64,000 nucleotides of DNA from a bacterium. Its GTDB lineage: Bacteria > Electryoneota > JAOADG01. Both the position numbers and the translations under genes were made by a program. The stretch covers positions 608,001 to 672,000 of the forward strand of contig OY820579.1 in assembly GCA_963681965.1 (NCBI GenBank), written 5' to 3'. The notes beneath the pieces are model-generated. The model ran no database searches, was not told where the DNA came from, and worked only from the letters and a program-made list of their open reading frames with translations. This document shows, in pieces, positions 38,863 through 49,455 of this stretch (position 1 is the first letter of the stretch; every line of letters begins with the position of its first letter).

Positions 38863-39639
38863 TCACTCTTTCGGCGCCTTTTCCGGGTTTCGTGCCCATT
38901 CCACTAAATATAAGAAACGCATGATGAAGTTCATTATATCGAAGGCAGTCGAAGTGATCCCGGCAAAGCCATTCAAGAACCCTAGTTTCAGGAAATACCG
39001 TTCGAGCGTGCGTCCGAACGGTTTCCAAAACAACCACTTCCACGCCAGACCGGCACTCGGTCGCACCCCGTTCTTCCACGCGACTTCAGCTTCGAATTTC
39101 GAGAAGAAGTGCAATTTCCGGATCAACATATCCGCTTCGGGATATGATTCGTGGATCATCGGATGCTTGAGAATACCCATTTTCCCGGTACCGACCATCC
39201 GCTCGTGGACATGCTTCTCTTCAAAGCGATAGGTCCCGCGCCGGATCAATCGCAGTTGGTAGTCGGGGTAAACGCCACCAAATCGCATCCCGCGTCCGAG
39301 AATTCGATTCAGCCGGGGGAACAGATACGAGTCGTATTTGCTGTCCTGCATCACCCGTTCCATCTCGGCACGGCTTTCCGGTGTGATCCGCTCGTCAGCA
39401 TCGAGCACCAGCACCCAATCGCCATGACAGGCATCGATTGCGATATTTTTATTGGTGTTCAGTTGTGCCCGATTCGGTTGCGAGATCACGATGGCACCAT
39501 GTTGACGACAAATCTCGGCGGTGCGGTCGGTTGAGTCGGCATCCACCACGACGATCTCGTCGGCAAATGCGACCGACTCCAGTGTCTCGCCGATCAGTTT
39601 CTCCTCGTTGTGCGCCAACATCGCGATACTAAGCTTCAT
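38863..39639 (-). CDS. Glycosyltransferase family 2 (KdtX/WaaE-like)
   Basis: NEE, STDRT, WVLVLDADE and VHE. Confidence 0.9.
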   Translation of the reverse strand: MKLSIAMLAHNEEKLIGETLESVAFADEIVVVDADSTDRTAEICRQHGAIVISQPNRAQLNTNKNIAIDACHGDWVLVLDADERITPESRAEMERVMQDSKYDSYLFPRLNRILGRGMRFGGVYPDYQLRLIRRGTYRFEEKHVHERMVGTGKMGILKHPMIHESYPEADMLIRKLHFFSKFEAEVAWKNGVRPSAGLAWKWLFWKPFGRTLERYFLKLGFLNGFAGITSTAFDIMNFIMRFLYLVEWARNPEKAPKE

Positions 39640-40703
39640 CCTTCATTCTCCGTCCGAATCATCGGGAAGCCGAGCCACTCGAATAACCGAGTTGCCTGAG
39701 CCGTCAATCCCCACCGCGCTTCGAAATCGTTCATCCGTTGCCGACGCCGCTCCCAACTCAAATCGGTACAGTTCGATAATGTCTGCTCGACCCATCGCGC
39801 CGGATACTCTTTCGAGATCGCCTCTTCGCCAAAACCGGCTGCTGTCCACTGCCGCGACACAATATCGTCGGTCATAAACGCAGGAACCCCCACTTCGCAG
39901 GAGCGGGTGAGCGATTCATTCAATTCTTCGGGGTCGAATCCGGGAAGCCAGACTGCTGAAGCTGCCGACCAGATCTTCTCTTCTTCATATTCGGATAAAT
40001 TGTAAACAATGCGCGAAACACCGAATCGATGCAATCGGTCGCAAATCGGTTCCATCGCACCGGGTGGAATAGCGCGTCCGAACACCAACACCACGTCGTT
40101 ATGTCCCGAAAGCAACATTTCACAAGTGATACTGCAATCGCCCCAATTCCGGGTACGAACTCTCGAACGACCGGGTAACCAAACGATCGGAGCGGAATCT
40201 TTTAAGTCGAATTCCCGTCGAAATTCTTTAGCGCGATCATCCGAAACAAATATCCGTCCCGGTTGCAGCGGTAACCAGAGATCGTCGGCACCACCCGACC
40301 CGACATTTGCCGGACTGGGGTATAACGCCGGCATCAATCGCCGGAAAAACCACCCTTGCTCCTGCGGCTCGCCATCGAGAATCACGCGTCGAATCTTGTC
40401 TTTCGGCAACCATGGGAGAGCTGCTCGCACCCCGTTTTTCGCCCGGGTTGAATCCACCAATGCGGCAGCGGTTGGTAATTCGCGTAGAATCTCTTTTACT
40501 TCACCACGACCGCTCTCAACCACCCGGAAACCTTCTTGCCCTGCCGGTCCAGATAGCGGATCTGATGCCGGCAACAGAAACAGCGGCGAATACCCGGCAT
40601 GATCCACCAGACGAGCAAGCCCAAGCCAGTAACGGTCGGCAATATGCGATCGTGCCGTCGTTAAGCAGAGGAGAATTCGCGGTGGTTTCTGATGAGTCGC
40701 CAT
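39636..40703 (-). CDS. Hypothetical protein, possibly a degenerate GT-B glycosyltransferase
   Basis: Co-oriented and coupled within the LPS cluster; only weak GT4-like layout. Confidence 0.45.
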   Translation of the reverse strand: MATHQKPPRILLCLTTARSHIADRYWLGLARLVDHAGYSPLFLLPASDPLSGPAGQEGFRVVESGRGEVKEILRELPTAAALVDSTRAKNGVRAALPWLPKDKIRRVILDGEPQEQGWFFRRLMPALYPSPANVGSGGADDLWLPLQPGRIFVSDDRAKEFRREFDLKDSAPIVWLPGRSRVRTRNWGDCSITCEMLLSGHNDVVLVFGRAIPPGAMEPICDRLHRFGVSRIVYNLSEYEEEKIWSAASAVWLPGFDPEELNESLTRSCEVGVPAFMTDDIVSRQWTAAGFGEEAISKEYPARWVEQTLSNCTDLSWERRRQRMNDFEARWGLTAQATRLFEWLGFPMIRTENEG

Positions 40704-40719
40704 TCGTTCAATAACTGTT

Positions 40720-41730
40720 TTATTGGTGTTTTACTTGTTCGATCATCGCTACGGCATTGGTTACAACCAATTCCGGATCGAGTGTTAACATACATTGAAA
40801 ATGTTTCTCTGGACACTGATTGCCGCCGTGAATCGCACACGGTCGACACGGCAATTCGCGCCCCAGAACACGATCATATTGTCCTTGCGGACCAAATCCG
40901 AATGCAGGAACCGTCGCGCCGAAAATTGCCAGTGTTGGCGTTCCGACTGCCTGTGCCAGATGTAATGGTGCCGAATCATTCGTGATCAATAGCCGGCAGT
41001 TGGCAATCGTCGCCGCCGATTCTCGCGGTGTCAATTCACCGGCAACCGAAACACCCTTCCCGGCGGTAGCTACCTGTTGACACAATTCGCGGTCGGCAGT
41101 TCCTCCAATCGCAACGATGCGATAACCTGATTGTACCAATCGTTCGGCAACAGCTATAAATCGATTGATCGGATATCGCTTCGTATGCCAGACTGCACCC
41201 GGCGCAATTGCAATAGAATTGTTCGCTTCACCGATGATTTTTTTTGCGCCTAAGCGATCGCTATCGGTTAACTGCATGACTGGAATTGTTGCACTACCCG
41301 GCTTTCCGGTAATGGGTTCCAGTAAATCGAGCAGTCGCGCCGTTTCGTGTGCTGTTTTCCGGTAAGCAACGCGTTTTGTCAATCCGGGAATATGCGCCGC
41401 GCGATCGTAGCCAATTCGCGTCTTCGCTCTGGAAAATCCTGCCAGTGCTACGCTACGTGCCGAACGGTGCGGTACTAACACTATCTCCGGATGAAAGTTG
41501 CGAATACGCTTTGCCATTCGCAACCATCCTGAAATTCCACTGTCACTGCCCCGTTTGTTATAGGCAACGGCATCGATCACACCCGCCGCGGTTTCGATTG
41601 CATTCACCGCTTCCGGTCGGGTAATAAATTGAATCTCACTGCTCGCATCGTATTCGCGGATTGCACGTAACAGTGGCAACGTTAAAATCACATCGCCGAG
41701 AAATGCCGTTTGGATCAGAGTCCAGCGCAT
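40720..41730 (-). CDS. waaF: LPS heptosyltransferase II-like (GT9)
   Basis: AFLGDVIL, APGAVWHTKRYP, NDSAPLHLA and CRPC. Confidence 0.82.
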   Translation of the reverse strand: MRWTLIQTAFLGDVILTLPLLRAIREYDASSEIQFITRPEAVNAIETAAGVIDAVAYNKRGSDSGISGWLRMAKRIRNFHPEIVLVPHRSARSVALAGFSRAKTRIGYDRAAHIPGLTKRVAYRKTAHETARLLDLLEPITGKPGSATIPVMQLTDSDRLGAKKIIGEANNSIAIAPGAVWHTKRYPINRFIAVAERLVQSGYRIVAIGGTADRELCQQVATAGKGVSVAGELTPRESAATIANCRLLITNDSAPLHLAQAVGTPTLAIFGATVPAFGFGPQGQYDRVLGRELPCRPCAIHGGNQCPEKHFQCMLTLDPELVVTNAVAMIEQVKHQ

Positions 41731-42776
41731 CGTCGGACATATTCCTGATGCCATGAAACTGTGGCAGAATCGATGAAAGGCTCGGCAACATCCAACACTC
41801 GTTCCACCGACAACAAGCGCATACACTCCCCTTTCGGGCAGGTCTTTTCCTTGCAGAAGGGGCAATCCTCTTCGGGAAACTCCGGTACTAACGAGCGTTC
41901 CGGATGATCCAATACACCCCACCGTTCGGGACCACAGTCGATCAGCGGCGGAAACAGACCGAACGTTGGGCATCCCAACGCATTTGCGAGATGAAGCGGT
42001 CCGGTTGAGTTGGCGATCGTGATTCTAGCAAACGATAATAGCGACATTAATTCCGTTAGCGACGTCTCCCCGGCGAGCATCAATATTTTTTTGGGATTGG
42101 TTTTGGCAATTTGAATTGCCAGCTTCCGCTCGCGTTGATTGCCGGTAACGACTACAAACGTGTCGGACCGTTTCGACAGCGTCTCCGCGACCATTTCAAA
42201 GTGTTCCAACGGCCAATCGCGACTGGATCCACCCGAACCGGGATGAAGTACTGCAATCTTCATATTGTGCGCAACACCGGCAGATTCCAGTCGCTCCGCC
42301 ATCGTTTTTAAATTGTCGGGATCCAGTAGGAATGTGGGACGTACGGTTCGATCGGCGCGAAACACTTGATCCAATAAATCGAAATTCAATTCCGTCTCGT
42401 GCCGTCCACTGGCATGACGTCGCACCGCGACACGTTCGTTAAAGAAGATGCTATAACCGCGTCGCCCGGTTCCGATTCGTCGCGATACTCCGGCAAAAAA
42501 CAGTCTTCGCGCCAATTTCGGGTGAGGCCATAAAACCACCGCAACACTCCACTCGCGCAACAAATCTTTGTCCAATTTTGTTTCGGGTGAGACTTCCCAC
42601 ACGACATCGACTTCATTGCATGCCTGTACAACTTCGCCAATCCCGTCATTCACTAAAAATCCTACCTTGATTTCAGGATTGATTTTTTTCACGGCAGCAG
42701 CAAGCGGGAGTGACAGAACAACATCACCGAGACGATCTTGGCGACAAAAAAGAATTGAGTCCGTTAGTGGTTTCAT
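41715..42776 (-). CDS. Glycosyltransferase family 9
   Basis: DRLGDVVL, HPGSGGS..WP and NSTGPLHLA. Confidence 0.9.
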   Translation of the reverse strand: MKPLTDSILFCRQDRLGDVVLSLPLAAAVKKINPEIKVGFLVNDGIGEVVQACNEVDVVWEVSPETKLDKDLLREWSVAVVLWPHPKLARRLFFAGVSRRIGTGRRGYSIFFNERVAVRRHASGRHETELNFDLLDQVFRADRTVRPTFLLDPDNLKTMAERLESAGVAHNMKIAVLHPGSGGSSRDWPLEHFEMVAETLSKRSDTFVVVTGNQRERKLAIQIAKTNPKKILMLAGETSLTELMSLLSFARITIANSTGPLHLANALGCPTFGLFPPLIDCGPERWGVLDHPERSLVPEFPEEDCPFCKEKTCPKGECMRLLSVERVLDVAEPFIDSATVSWHQEYVRRCAGL

Positions 42777-42840
42777 AGAATGTCTATTATTCAATCCAAA
42801 AAGAGAGTGTCAGGTTATGCCACAACAAATTGTAAATTGA

Positions 42841-43332
42841 TTACTCGCTACGTATCGATTTAGCGCGTTCCCGAAGCATCGGAAAAATCCGATTGATTTC
42901 CGTTGCAATTCGGTCGCGATACAACCGATACCGGTTCATATTCTGTCCAAAGGGATCGTCGATATCGTGTTCCCGACTCGACGGCGGTTCCGGCCAACTT
43001 CCGAGCACCGAAACATCGACGCTATCCGGGGCGCGATAATTGACATCGTCGAAGTGCTCACGCGTCATTCCGAGTACAATGTCGAACTTCTCCAGCAACT
43101 TGCGAGTGACAGCTTGCGATCGATGCGGAGTGATATCGATTCCAAGTTCTTCCATCACCGTTACCGTTACAGCTAGTGCTCCGGAGCCACCCATTGTTTC
43201 CGTACCAGCCGATGCAACTTCAATTTCCCCGCTTGCTTCCTGTTCGACTATATTTCGCAACAGATATTCCGCCATTGCGCTTCGACAGATATTGCCACTG
43301 CATACGAATAACACGCGCAACGGTCGATTCAC
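42841..43332 (-). CDS. Low-molecular-weight protein tyrosine/arginine phosphatase
   Basis: FVCSGNICRS P-loop and DIDDPFG general acid. Confidence 0.92.
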   Translation of the reverse strand: MNRPLRVLFVCSGNICRSAMAEYLLRNIVEQEASGEIEVASAGTETMGGSGALAVTVTVMEELGIDITPHRSQAVTRKLLEKFDIVLGMTREHFDDVNYRAPDSVDVSVLGSWPEPPSSREHDIDDPFGQNMNRYRLYRDRIATEINRIFPMLRERAKSIRSE

Positions 43333-43376
43333 AAATTCCCCCCATTTTCCTAATTCTTTTCGCTTGTGCCGATGAT

Positions 43377-44600
43377 TTATCGCTTGCGAAGTTGTTCCGC
43401 AATTGACTGGTTGTGTTGTTTCGTGGCTCGCAAAATTAATTCCGGTAGTATTCGATCGATCTCGGACGAGATTTGATCGCGAATTCGGCGATAACCCTCC
43501 ATACCACTATTAACCGGAGCAGCAATTCCAGTTGTCGATTCGCCTTTATCCCGAAGAAAACCGGTCAACACCGACACTTCCTGATTTTCGATTATGGGAT
43601 ATTCAGTCGTCAGTTTCAATCGATGATCTTCGCTCATTGTCAAGATCAAATCGAAACATGAATGATCAATTTCACTCACCGTAAACGGACGGTGACTCCG
43701 GACATCGATTCCCAGCTCCTGCATTGCCGAAATCGTCTGCGGCGACGGCAACCGTTTCGGATCGATCTGCAGTCCTGCCGATCGAATGGCAATTGGAACT
43801 TCCGGTGCTTCCTGATTCCAACGATGTCGCAACAGCGCTTCTGCCATCGCACTTCGACACACGTTTTCGGTACAAACAAATAAAATCCGATAGGGTACCG
43901 GCAGCGGTCGATCTTGCAAACTCCAGTCGAATCCGAATCCTTCACTTTCGCAGACTCGACGCAATTCCTCGAATGGATATGCACCCGAGCGCAGTAAAAG
44001 AAGACGATCGCCGGCAAACTCGATTACAGTCGAATGTTTTCCGATCGGTGTATCACCGCCATCCCAGATAAAATCGACTTTCTCCAACCAATCGCCGGGC
44101 AATTCCGACAATTTCCGCGAACCCAGCTCGGGATAAATTGCCGCCCTGGTAACTGCCAGCGGGCGCCCTATTTCTCTTGCCAATTGCAAAGCCAGAGGAT
44201 GCTGGGGAATCCGGATCCAAATTTTCCGCTCGTCGTCACACATCCACGATGGTATTTCATCATTGGCTTTCAGCACCACGGTCACCGGACCGGGCAACAG
44301 GTAACCGAGCAGCCGCAAAGCAGTCGGTTTCAACAGAACTGTCAACGCGACGATATCTTTCAGCGAGCTGACTAAAATGCTGAACGGGCGCCGATCGACC
44401 GCTGGTTGCTTATAGCGACGAAGCATCTGCATTCGTGCCTGAACCTCGAGGTTATCGGCAATTCCCGTAAGTACATATACCGTTTCCATCGGTAAAATGC
44501 CAATACCGAGGTGGCGCAAGCGCGACGCGACCGCTAAAATCCGGGGACGATTCAAAGCAAGCGGGTCGTCGTGAATATCCAGACGCTCGTCGAACGGCAT
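43377..44600 (-). CDS. TsaC/Sua5-like domain fused to an LMW-PTP domain
   Basis: PMETVY, PGPVTVVL, IRIP.HP and STVI, followed by FVCTENVCRS. Confidence 0.8.
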   Translation of the reverse strand: MPFDERLDIHDDPLALNRPRILAVASRLRHLGIGILPMETVYVLTGIADNLEVQARMQMLRRYKQPAVDRRPFSILVSSLKDIVALTVLLKPTALRLLGYLLPGPVTVVLKANDEIPSWMCDDERKIWIRIPQHPLALQLAREIGRPLAVTRAAIYPELGSRKLSELPGDWLEKVDFIWDGGDTPIGKHSTVIEFAGDRLLLLRSGAYPFEELRRVCESEGFGFDWSLQDRPLPVPYRILFVCTENVCRSAMAEALLRHRWNQEAPEVPIAIRSAGLQIDPKRLPSPQTISAMQELGIDVRSHRPFTVSEIDHSCFDLILTMSEDHRLKLTTEYPIIENQEVSVLTGFLRDKGESTTGIAAPVNSGMEGYRRIRDQISSEIDRILPELILRATKQHNQSIAEQLRKR

Positions 44601-45112
44601 TACCACCCCGACAATGTTTTATTGACGACGTCGTCGGCTAGTTTTTTTACCGCGATATCGACAGCAGTCTGACGACCGGCAGTGCCTCCGTCCGCGGTTT
44701 TGAACGTGCCCCATCCCGTTAGTGTTCCCTCAAACAATACTTTGTTTTTTACCCGATCGTAGAGCTTGAATTCCGCAGTAATCGTTACCCGGGTATCGCT
44801 GACAATTTCGCTGGAATTATAGGTATACGGCGCTTCGGAGAGATTTAATATCGTACCGGTTAGGATTGCGTCAGCGCGTTGCTCGTCGCTTGGATTCAAC
44901 GTATTGTCGCGACGAAACGCTGCGATCAGGGCATCGGTAAGGTTTTCCCGTAGTCCGAATTCCGAAGTACGGTCTTCCATTGTCGGCACCGCGATTGTAT
45001 GCAAATGCGACGGGGCATTTCCGGTAAAACTGTATTTGAAACAACCGCTTAGCATCGATCCAATGATGAGCGCAGTCAAGACAAATAATAGGGTTCGGGT
45101 TTGAGTTCTCAC
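44600..45112 (-). CDS. lptE: LPS assembly lipoprotein LptE-like
   Basis: Lipobox LSG-C, YSFTG..P.HL.TIAVP, ADAILTGTI and terminal W. Confidence 0.78.
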   Translation of the reverse strand: MRTQTRTLLFVLTALIIGSMLSGCFKYSFTGNAPSHLHTIAVPTMEDRTSEFGLRENLTDALIAAFRRDNTLNPSDEQRADAILTGTILNLSEAPYTYNSSEIVSDTRVTITAEFKLYDRVKNKVLFEGTLTGWGTFKTADGGTAGRQTAVDIAVKKLADDVVNKTLSGW

Positions 45113-45174
45113 GGCTCTAATTTGTTCAATTCTAGCCTAATTCGCAACAAAATGCGGTTCGGACTGGTTTATCG

Positions 45175-46653
45175 TCAAACTTTCGGTTCCGGAACATCAT
45201 TTTCGGTTAATCCGGAAGCCAGAATTGCTTTTCTAATTTGGAAAAATCTTTGGACTTGCGGGGTTTCCCGGATTAATTGCCGACGTTCAATCAAATTAAC
45301 GGCATTTTGATACGCCTCGCGCCATGACATTTCTGAAGATAGTGTATCTTGATGTTTGCTCGGTAATGCCATCTGGGTTCTTGCTAGCCGAAACTCCAAG
45401 TTGATTTTCGGCAACAAATAGTTGAGCATATTCAGTCGGAAAGAGGTATCATCCAGCTTGCGTTCAACCTCTTTGATCAATTTATATGCATCATCAAGCA
45501 AATTTTCCGCAAGCAGACAGTCGACCATACAACAGCGCGACAAAGCTAGATATTCTTGATCCGACAATTGTTGGAAAATGGCTGTTGCCTGTTTGATTAC
45601 CGCCATTGCTTCCAGCGATTCGCCTTTACCCAAATGCATTCGACCAATTTTGAGTAATATCTGCGCTTCCAAATGCTCCATTTTCAGATTACGATAGATA
45701 TCGAGAGCTTCCAGATACAGGTGATACGCTGCTTCAAAATCCTGAAGAAAGAGACATAAATCGGCTTTATTGACAATACCGTTACCTTCGCAACGTCGGT
45801 CACCATAATCGCGTGCCAAATCGATCGAAAGATCCAAACACTTCTGAGATTCTTCGAAGCGCCCCGAATACAAATAACTCTCGCCCAAGTTGCCGTAAAC
45901 CACAGAAAGGTAGCGTTTGTTACCCGTTTTATCAAAGTAATCGATCACTTTTTCCAACGATTCACAGGCGGCAGGATATTCTTCATTCATCATGTGGATG
46001 TAGCTCTTGCCCTCATATACCGCCATTAAATCGCTTTGAATGTTGTTCAGCTTGGCGAGTGTTATCGCTTCCTCAATTCTTGTCTTGGCAAGATCGGCTT
46101 GAAATGCCCGCTGCAATTCTTTTGCCGACATTGTCAATAACCAGATTTCATCGCTACGGTTACCCAGTTCTCGACTGAGTGCAATCGCTTCGTCCACATG
46201 GATTTGTGCTTCGCTAATTCGGTTGTTCTCAAATAAAAAGCCGGTATAATTACCCAATACATTAAGGAGGCGTGGTTTTTCGCCTATTTCACGAATGATC
46301 TTGAGTGCCGCTTGATATTCGGAATCGGCGAGTTCACTGTGACATTGGACCCGATGTAAATTACCAAGTACCCCGTGTGCTGCGGCGAAACCGCTTGGAT
46401 TGCCTAGTTTTTCAAATTCATCCAACGCTTGCTTTAAATACAGGTAAGATCGATCCGGATCGTGATAGATCAAATTTCGACCCAGATCAAGATGAGCATT
46501 TGCGATTTTATGTAAATCCTGGTGCGCTTCGGCGAGTGCTAAAATTCGATACAGCAACTTAACCGCATCTTCGCGATGCTCCTCAACTTGTAACCCCTGA
46601 AACTGCTCGATCAAGCGTTCTAATTCACTCATTTCTGTTTCGGATTGCGACAC
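45175..46653 (-). CDS. Tetratricopeptide-repeat protein
   Basis: Repeated LG...A...Y..AL TPR helices. Confidence 0.85.
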   Translation of the reverse strand: MSQSETEMSELERLIEQFQGLQVEEHREDAVKLLYRILALAEAHQDLHKIANAHLDLGRNLIYHDPDRSYLYLKQALDEFEKLGNPSGFAAAHGVLGNLHRVQCHSELADSEYQAALKIIREIGEKPRLLNVLGNYTGFLFENNRISEAQIHVDEAIALSRELGNRSDEIWLLTMSAKELQRAFQADLAKTRIEEAITLAKLNNIQSDLMAVYEGKSYIHMMNEEYPAACESLEKVIDYFDKTGNKRYLSVVYGNLGESYLYSGRFEESQKCLDLSIDLARDYGDRRCEGNGIVNKADLCLFLQDFEAAYHLYLEALDIYRNLKMEHLEAQILLKIGRMHLGKGESLEAMAVIKQATAIFQQLSDQEYLALSRCCMVDCLLAENLLDDAYKLIKEVERKLDDTSFRLNMLNYLLPKINLEFRLARTQMALPSKHQDTLSSEMSWREAYQNAVNLIERRQLIRETPQVQRFFQIRKAILASGLTENDVPEPKV

Positions 46654-46674
46654 TTTTTTCCCGATTCGATTTTG

Positions 46675-48216
46675 TTATTCGACATGATTTTCTATTTGCC
46701 GTTGCAAGTACTCGGGGATTGGAATATCCGATTCCGGGATACGCAATTGCAATAAATCGGTTCGCAGATCAAGGAAATAGCTAACCTGATTGTGAGTGCT
46801 CGTTAGTTGAAATTGTGTGATGATTTCGAGCATTTTGTTGTATCGTTCGAATATTCGCGGCAACTTACTCCAGTCGATTACCCGATTGGACAGAAATTCG
46901 ACTCGACTACTCCCAAAAGCTTTTACCAATTCAAACCGGCATGCCGTCGCATAAAAATCGATAAAATCGGAGTGAGTTCGCAGATCCGGGAGAAATTGAT
47001 CGATTTTCGAAATATATATTTCCGCGTCACTCGTTTTACCGAGTTCGAGCAGATACTTGATTAATCTCGATCCGGATCGCAAGAAATCCGGCAGCAGGTG
47101 CTCTTCCTCGACAATTTCTAAGCTCTCTTTGAGCAATGCAATCGCTCGATCAGTATCCCCCTGTTGCCAAGGAATTTTAGCAATATCACGCAATACAAGT
47201 GCCTCTTGATTGCGATTGCCGTGGTGCCGATGAATTTCCAAGGCATCCTGAAAATACCGGTGTGCTCGCTCCAGATCGTTCATCTTGAAATACAAATCCG
47301 CCAAGCAGGATAAACTGAAACCGATGAAAGTAGCGTTCCCTTGTTTTCGATAGAGTTCGTTCGCACGTAGAAAATGTTGTTCCGATTCGGCAATCTCACC
47401 CACCCAGAACAACGATAACGCAAGCGAGGTTTCGATGGTCGCTTCCATTCTCTTCTCGTTCGCACTTTGAATTCTTGCCAGCGCTTCGCGATAATAGTTG
47501 ATTGATGCTAAGTAATTCCCTTGATGACGAAGGATAAATCCTTTGCATTCGGCTGATAGCGCAATCAATAAATTATTGTCGCATTCGGTAGCCATTTGTA
47601 TGGCTAAGTTAACAGTATTGATCGCATCTAATGTTTTCGCATTATTGTATTGAATCTTTGCGTAATTTATTAAGTGACGGGTCAACATTTCGAAATTTTT
47701 TGTTTGATGCGACACCAAAATTGCTTCTTGCATATACTGCTCGGCTTCTTTGGTGTAATTATTCTCGAACAAGAAACCGGAAAAATTTCCCAGTGCTTTC
47801 TGAAGATTGATTGAATCGCCGGTAGCGCGGTAACTGTCGATCGCTTTGCGGTAATTGTCGATGGCAAGATCGGCTTCAGCCTCCAGCCGGTAATGATTTC
47901 CGAGATACATATAGATATCGCCCAAGATCCCGGTATATCCGATCGATTGGCAGATTGTAAGACTTTGCGATAACGTTCGGAAGCCGCTTGTACGATCGAA
48001 TTCGAATTCGAAAATTCCCAATTCTCGTAGAATATCGGCGGCTTGTTGTCGATCTTCTTGCTGAATTGCGCTGGTTGCTGCTTGTCGAAAATGCTCTTGC
48101 GCGGCAATATTTTCGCCGTTATTCCGGTATTCTCGAGCGACGCGAAGCAATTCATCGGTTGAGTGAGTTTCACTCAAACCTGGCTGTAGCGTTTCTTCCA
48201 TATTCAACTCACTCAT
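46675..48216 (-). CDS. Tetratricopeptide-repeat protein (paralog of 45175-46653)
   Basis: TPR helices; shares LGN(Y/F)(T/S)GFLFENN and the C-terminal motif with its neighbor. Confidence 0.85.
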   Translation of the reverse strand: MSELNMEETLQPGLSETHSTDELLRVAREYRNNGENIAAQEHFRQAATSAIQQEDRQQAADILRELGIFEFEFDRTSGFRTLSQSLTICQSIGYTGILGDIYMYLGNHYRLEAEADLAIDNYRKAIDSYRATGDSINLQKALGNFSGFLFENNYTKEAEQYMQEAILVSHQTKNFEMLTRHLINYAKIQYNNAKTLDAINTVNLAIQMATECDNNLLIALSAECKGFILRHQGNYLASINYYREALARIQSANEKRMEATIETSLALSLFWVGEIAESEQHFLRANELYRKQGNATFIGFSLSCLADLYFKMNDLERAHRYFQDALEIHRHHGNRNQEALVLRDIAKIPWQQGDTDRAIALLKESLEIVEEEHLLPDFLRSGSRLIKYLLELGKTSDAEIYISKIDQFLPDLRTHSDFIDFYATACRFELVKAFGSSRVEFLSNRVIDWSKLPRIFERYNKMLEIITQFQLTSTHNQVSYFLDLRTDLLQLRIPESDIPIPEYLQRQIENHVE

Positions 48217-48231
48217 TGTTCCCCCATCTTT

Positions 48232-49413
48232 TTACGAGAACATTCGTAATTTGCGATACAGCGTTCGTTCGGAGATTCCAAGTCGTTGTGCCGCTTCGCG
48301 GCGATTTCCATTCGCCATCTTCAGCGCCTCGCGTACGGCTTCCTGTTCGCGCTCTTGCACTGTCGGAAAAATCGAAATCGCTTGATCGGCGGAGTTGATT
48401 TGGTTGCGCTGTTCTTCCTGACGCAACAGCGCGGTTGCCACCATTCCCTTTAATTCGCGCAAGTCGCGGCGGATTTCCTGCAGTTCATGAATCAACGGTG
48501 AATCGCCGCCAACCTTCTGCTCGATCCGATCGAATTCGGGAAATTCCGATCGCGACAACAGCACCGGCAAACGTCGCGAAGTGGGAACCAATTTCGCATA
48601 CACCGGTTGAACCCGTTCCAGCGTAATGGCACCACTGGCACGATCAAGTGAATGGAACCCTTCAACAAACCAGCGCAGTTCCCGTACGTTCCCTTCCCAG
48701 CGTTGTTCCGATAACCAGTGCAGTGCGGATGGGGTCCACTCGATTGCTTCGGTTCGATTCCGTTTGGCAAACTGCCGTGAGAACAACTGAATCAAGAGTG
48801 GAATATCTTCCGGACGCTCGCGTAATGGCGGTAATTCAATCTGCACGGCGCGAATCCGGTAGTATAAATCGAGCCGGAATTTTTCTTGCAATGTCGCATG
48901 CGACAAATCGCGATTGGTCGAAGAAATCAATCGAAAATTCACTTTAATCGGATCGGCTCCACCCAGCCGTGTAACCAGATTCGTTTCCAATACCCGTAGC
49001 AATTTTACTTGCATCGAAATCGGCATTTCACCGATCTCGTCGAGCAATAACGTTCCCTTATCGGCTTGTTCGAATAGTCCCGCACGACTGCGATCCGCAC
49101 CAGTGTAAGCGCCGCGGACGGTACCGAACATTTCCGACTCAAACAATCCTTCCGGGATCGCGCCGCAATTCACCGGCACAAACGGTTGCGACCGGCGCGG
49201 CGATTGCTCGTGGATTAATCGTGCTGCAACTTCCTTACCGGTACCGGATTCACCAATTACCAATACCGGTACATCGACTTGTGCAACTTGATCAATCAAT
49301 TGTCGAACCGCACGCATCGCATCGGATTCGCCCAGCAATCTCGGCGGATCTTCATCTCCGGAACCCGCCGGTAATGCTGCCAATCGCTTGATTTCCGGCA
49401 TTTCATTGCCCAT
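48232..49413 (-). CDS. Sigma54-interacting AAA+ regulator with Fis HTH and no receiver domain
   Basis: GESGTGKE, GAYTGA, LDEIGEM, WEGNVREL and LGISERTLYRKL. Confidence 0.93.
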   Translation of the reverse strand: MGNEMPEIKRLAALPAGSGDEDPPRLLGESDAMRAVRQLIDQVAQVDVPVLVIGESGTGKEVAARLIHEQSPRRSQPFVPVNCGAIPEGLFESEMFGTVRGAYTGADRSRAGLFEQADKGTLLLDEIGEMPISMQVKLLRVLETNLVTRLGGADPIKVNFRLISSTNRDLSHATLQEKFRLDLYYRIRAVQIELPPLRERPEDIPLLIQLFSRQFAKRNRTEAIEWTPSALHWLSEQRWEGNVRELRWFVEGFHSLDRASGAITLERVQPVYAKLVPTSRRLPVLLSRSEFPEFDRIEQKVGGDSPLIHELQEIRRDLRELKGMVATALLRQEEQRNQINSADQAISIFPTVQEREQEAVREALKMANGNRREAAQRLGISERTLYRKLRMFS

Positions 49414-49455
49414 ACTTATTTCTCGACTGCAAAATTGTGAGACTTAACCATCGAA

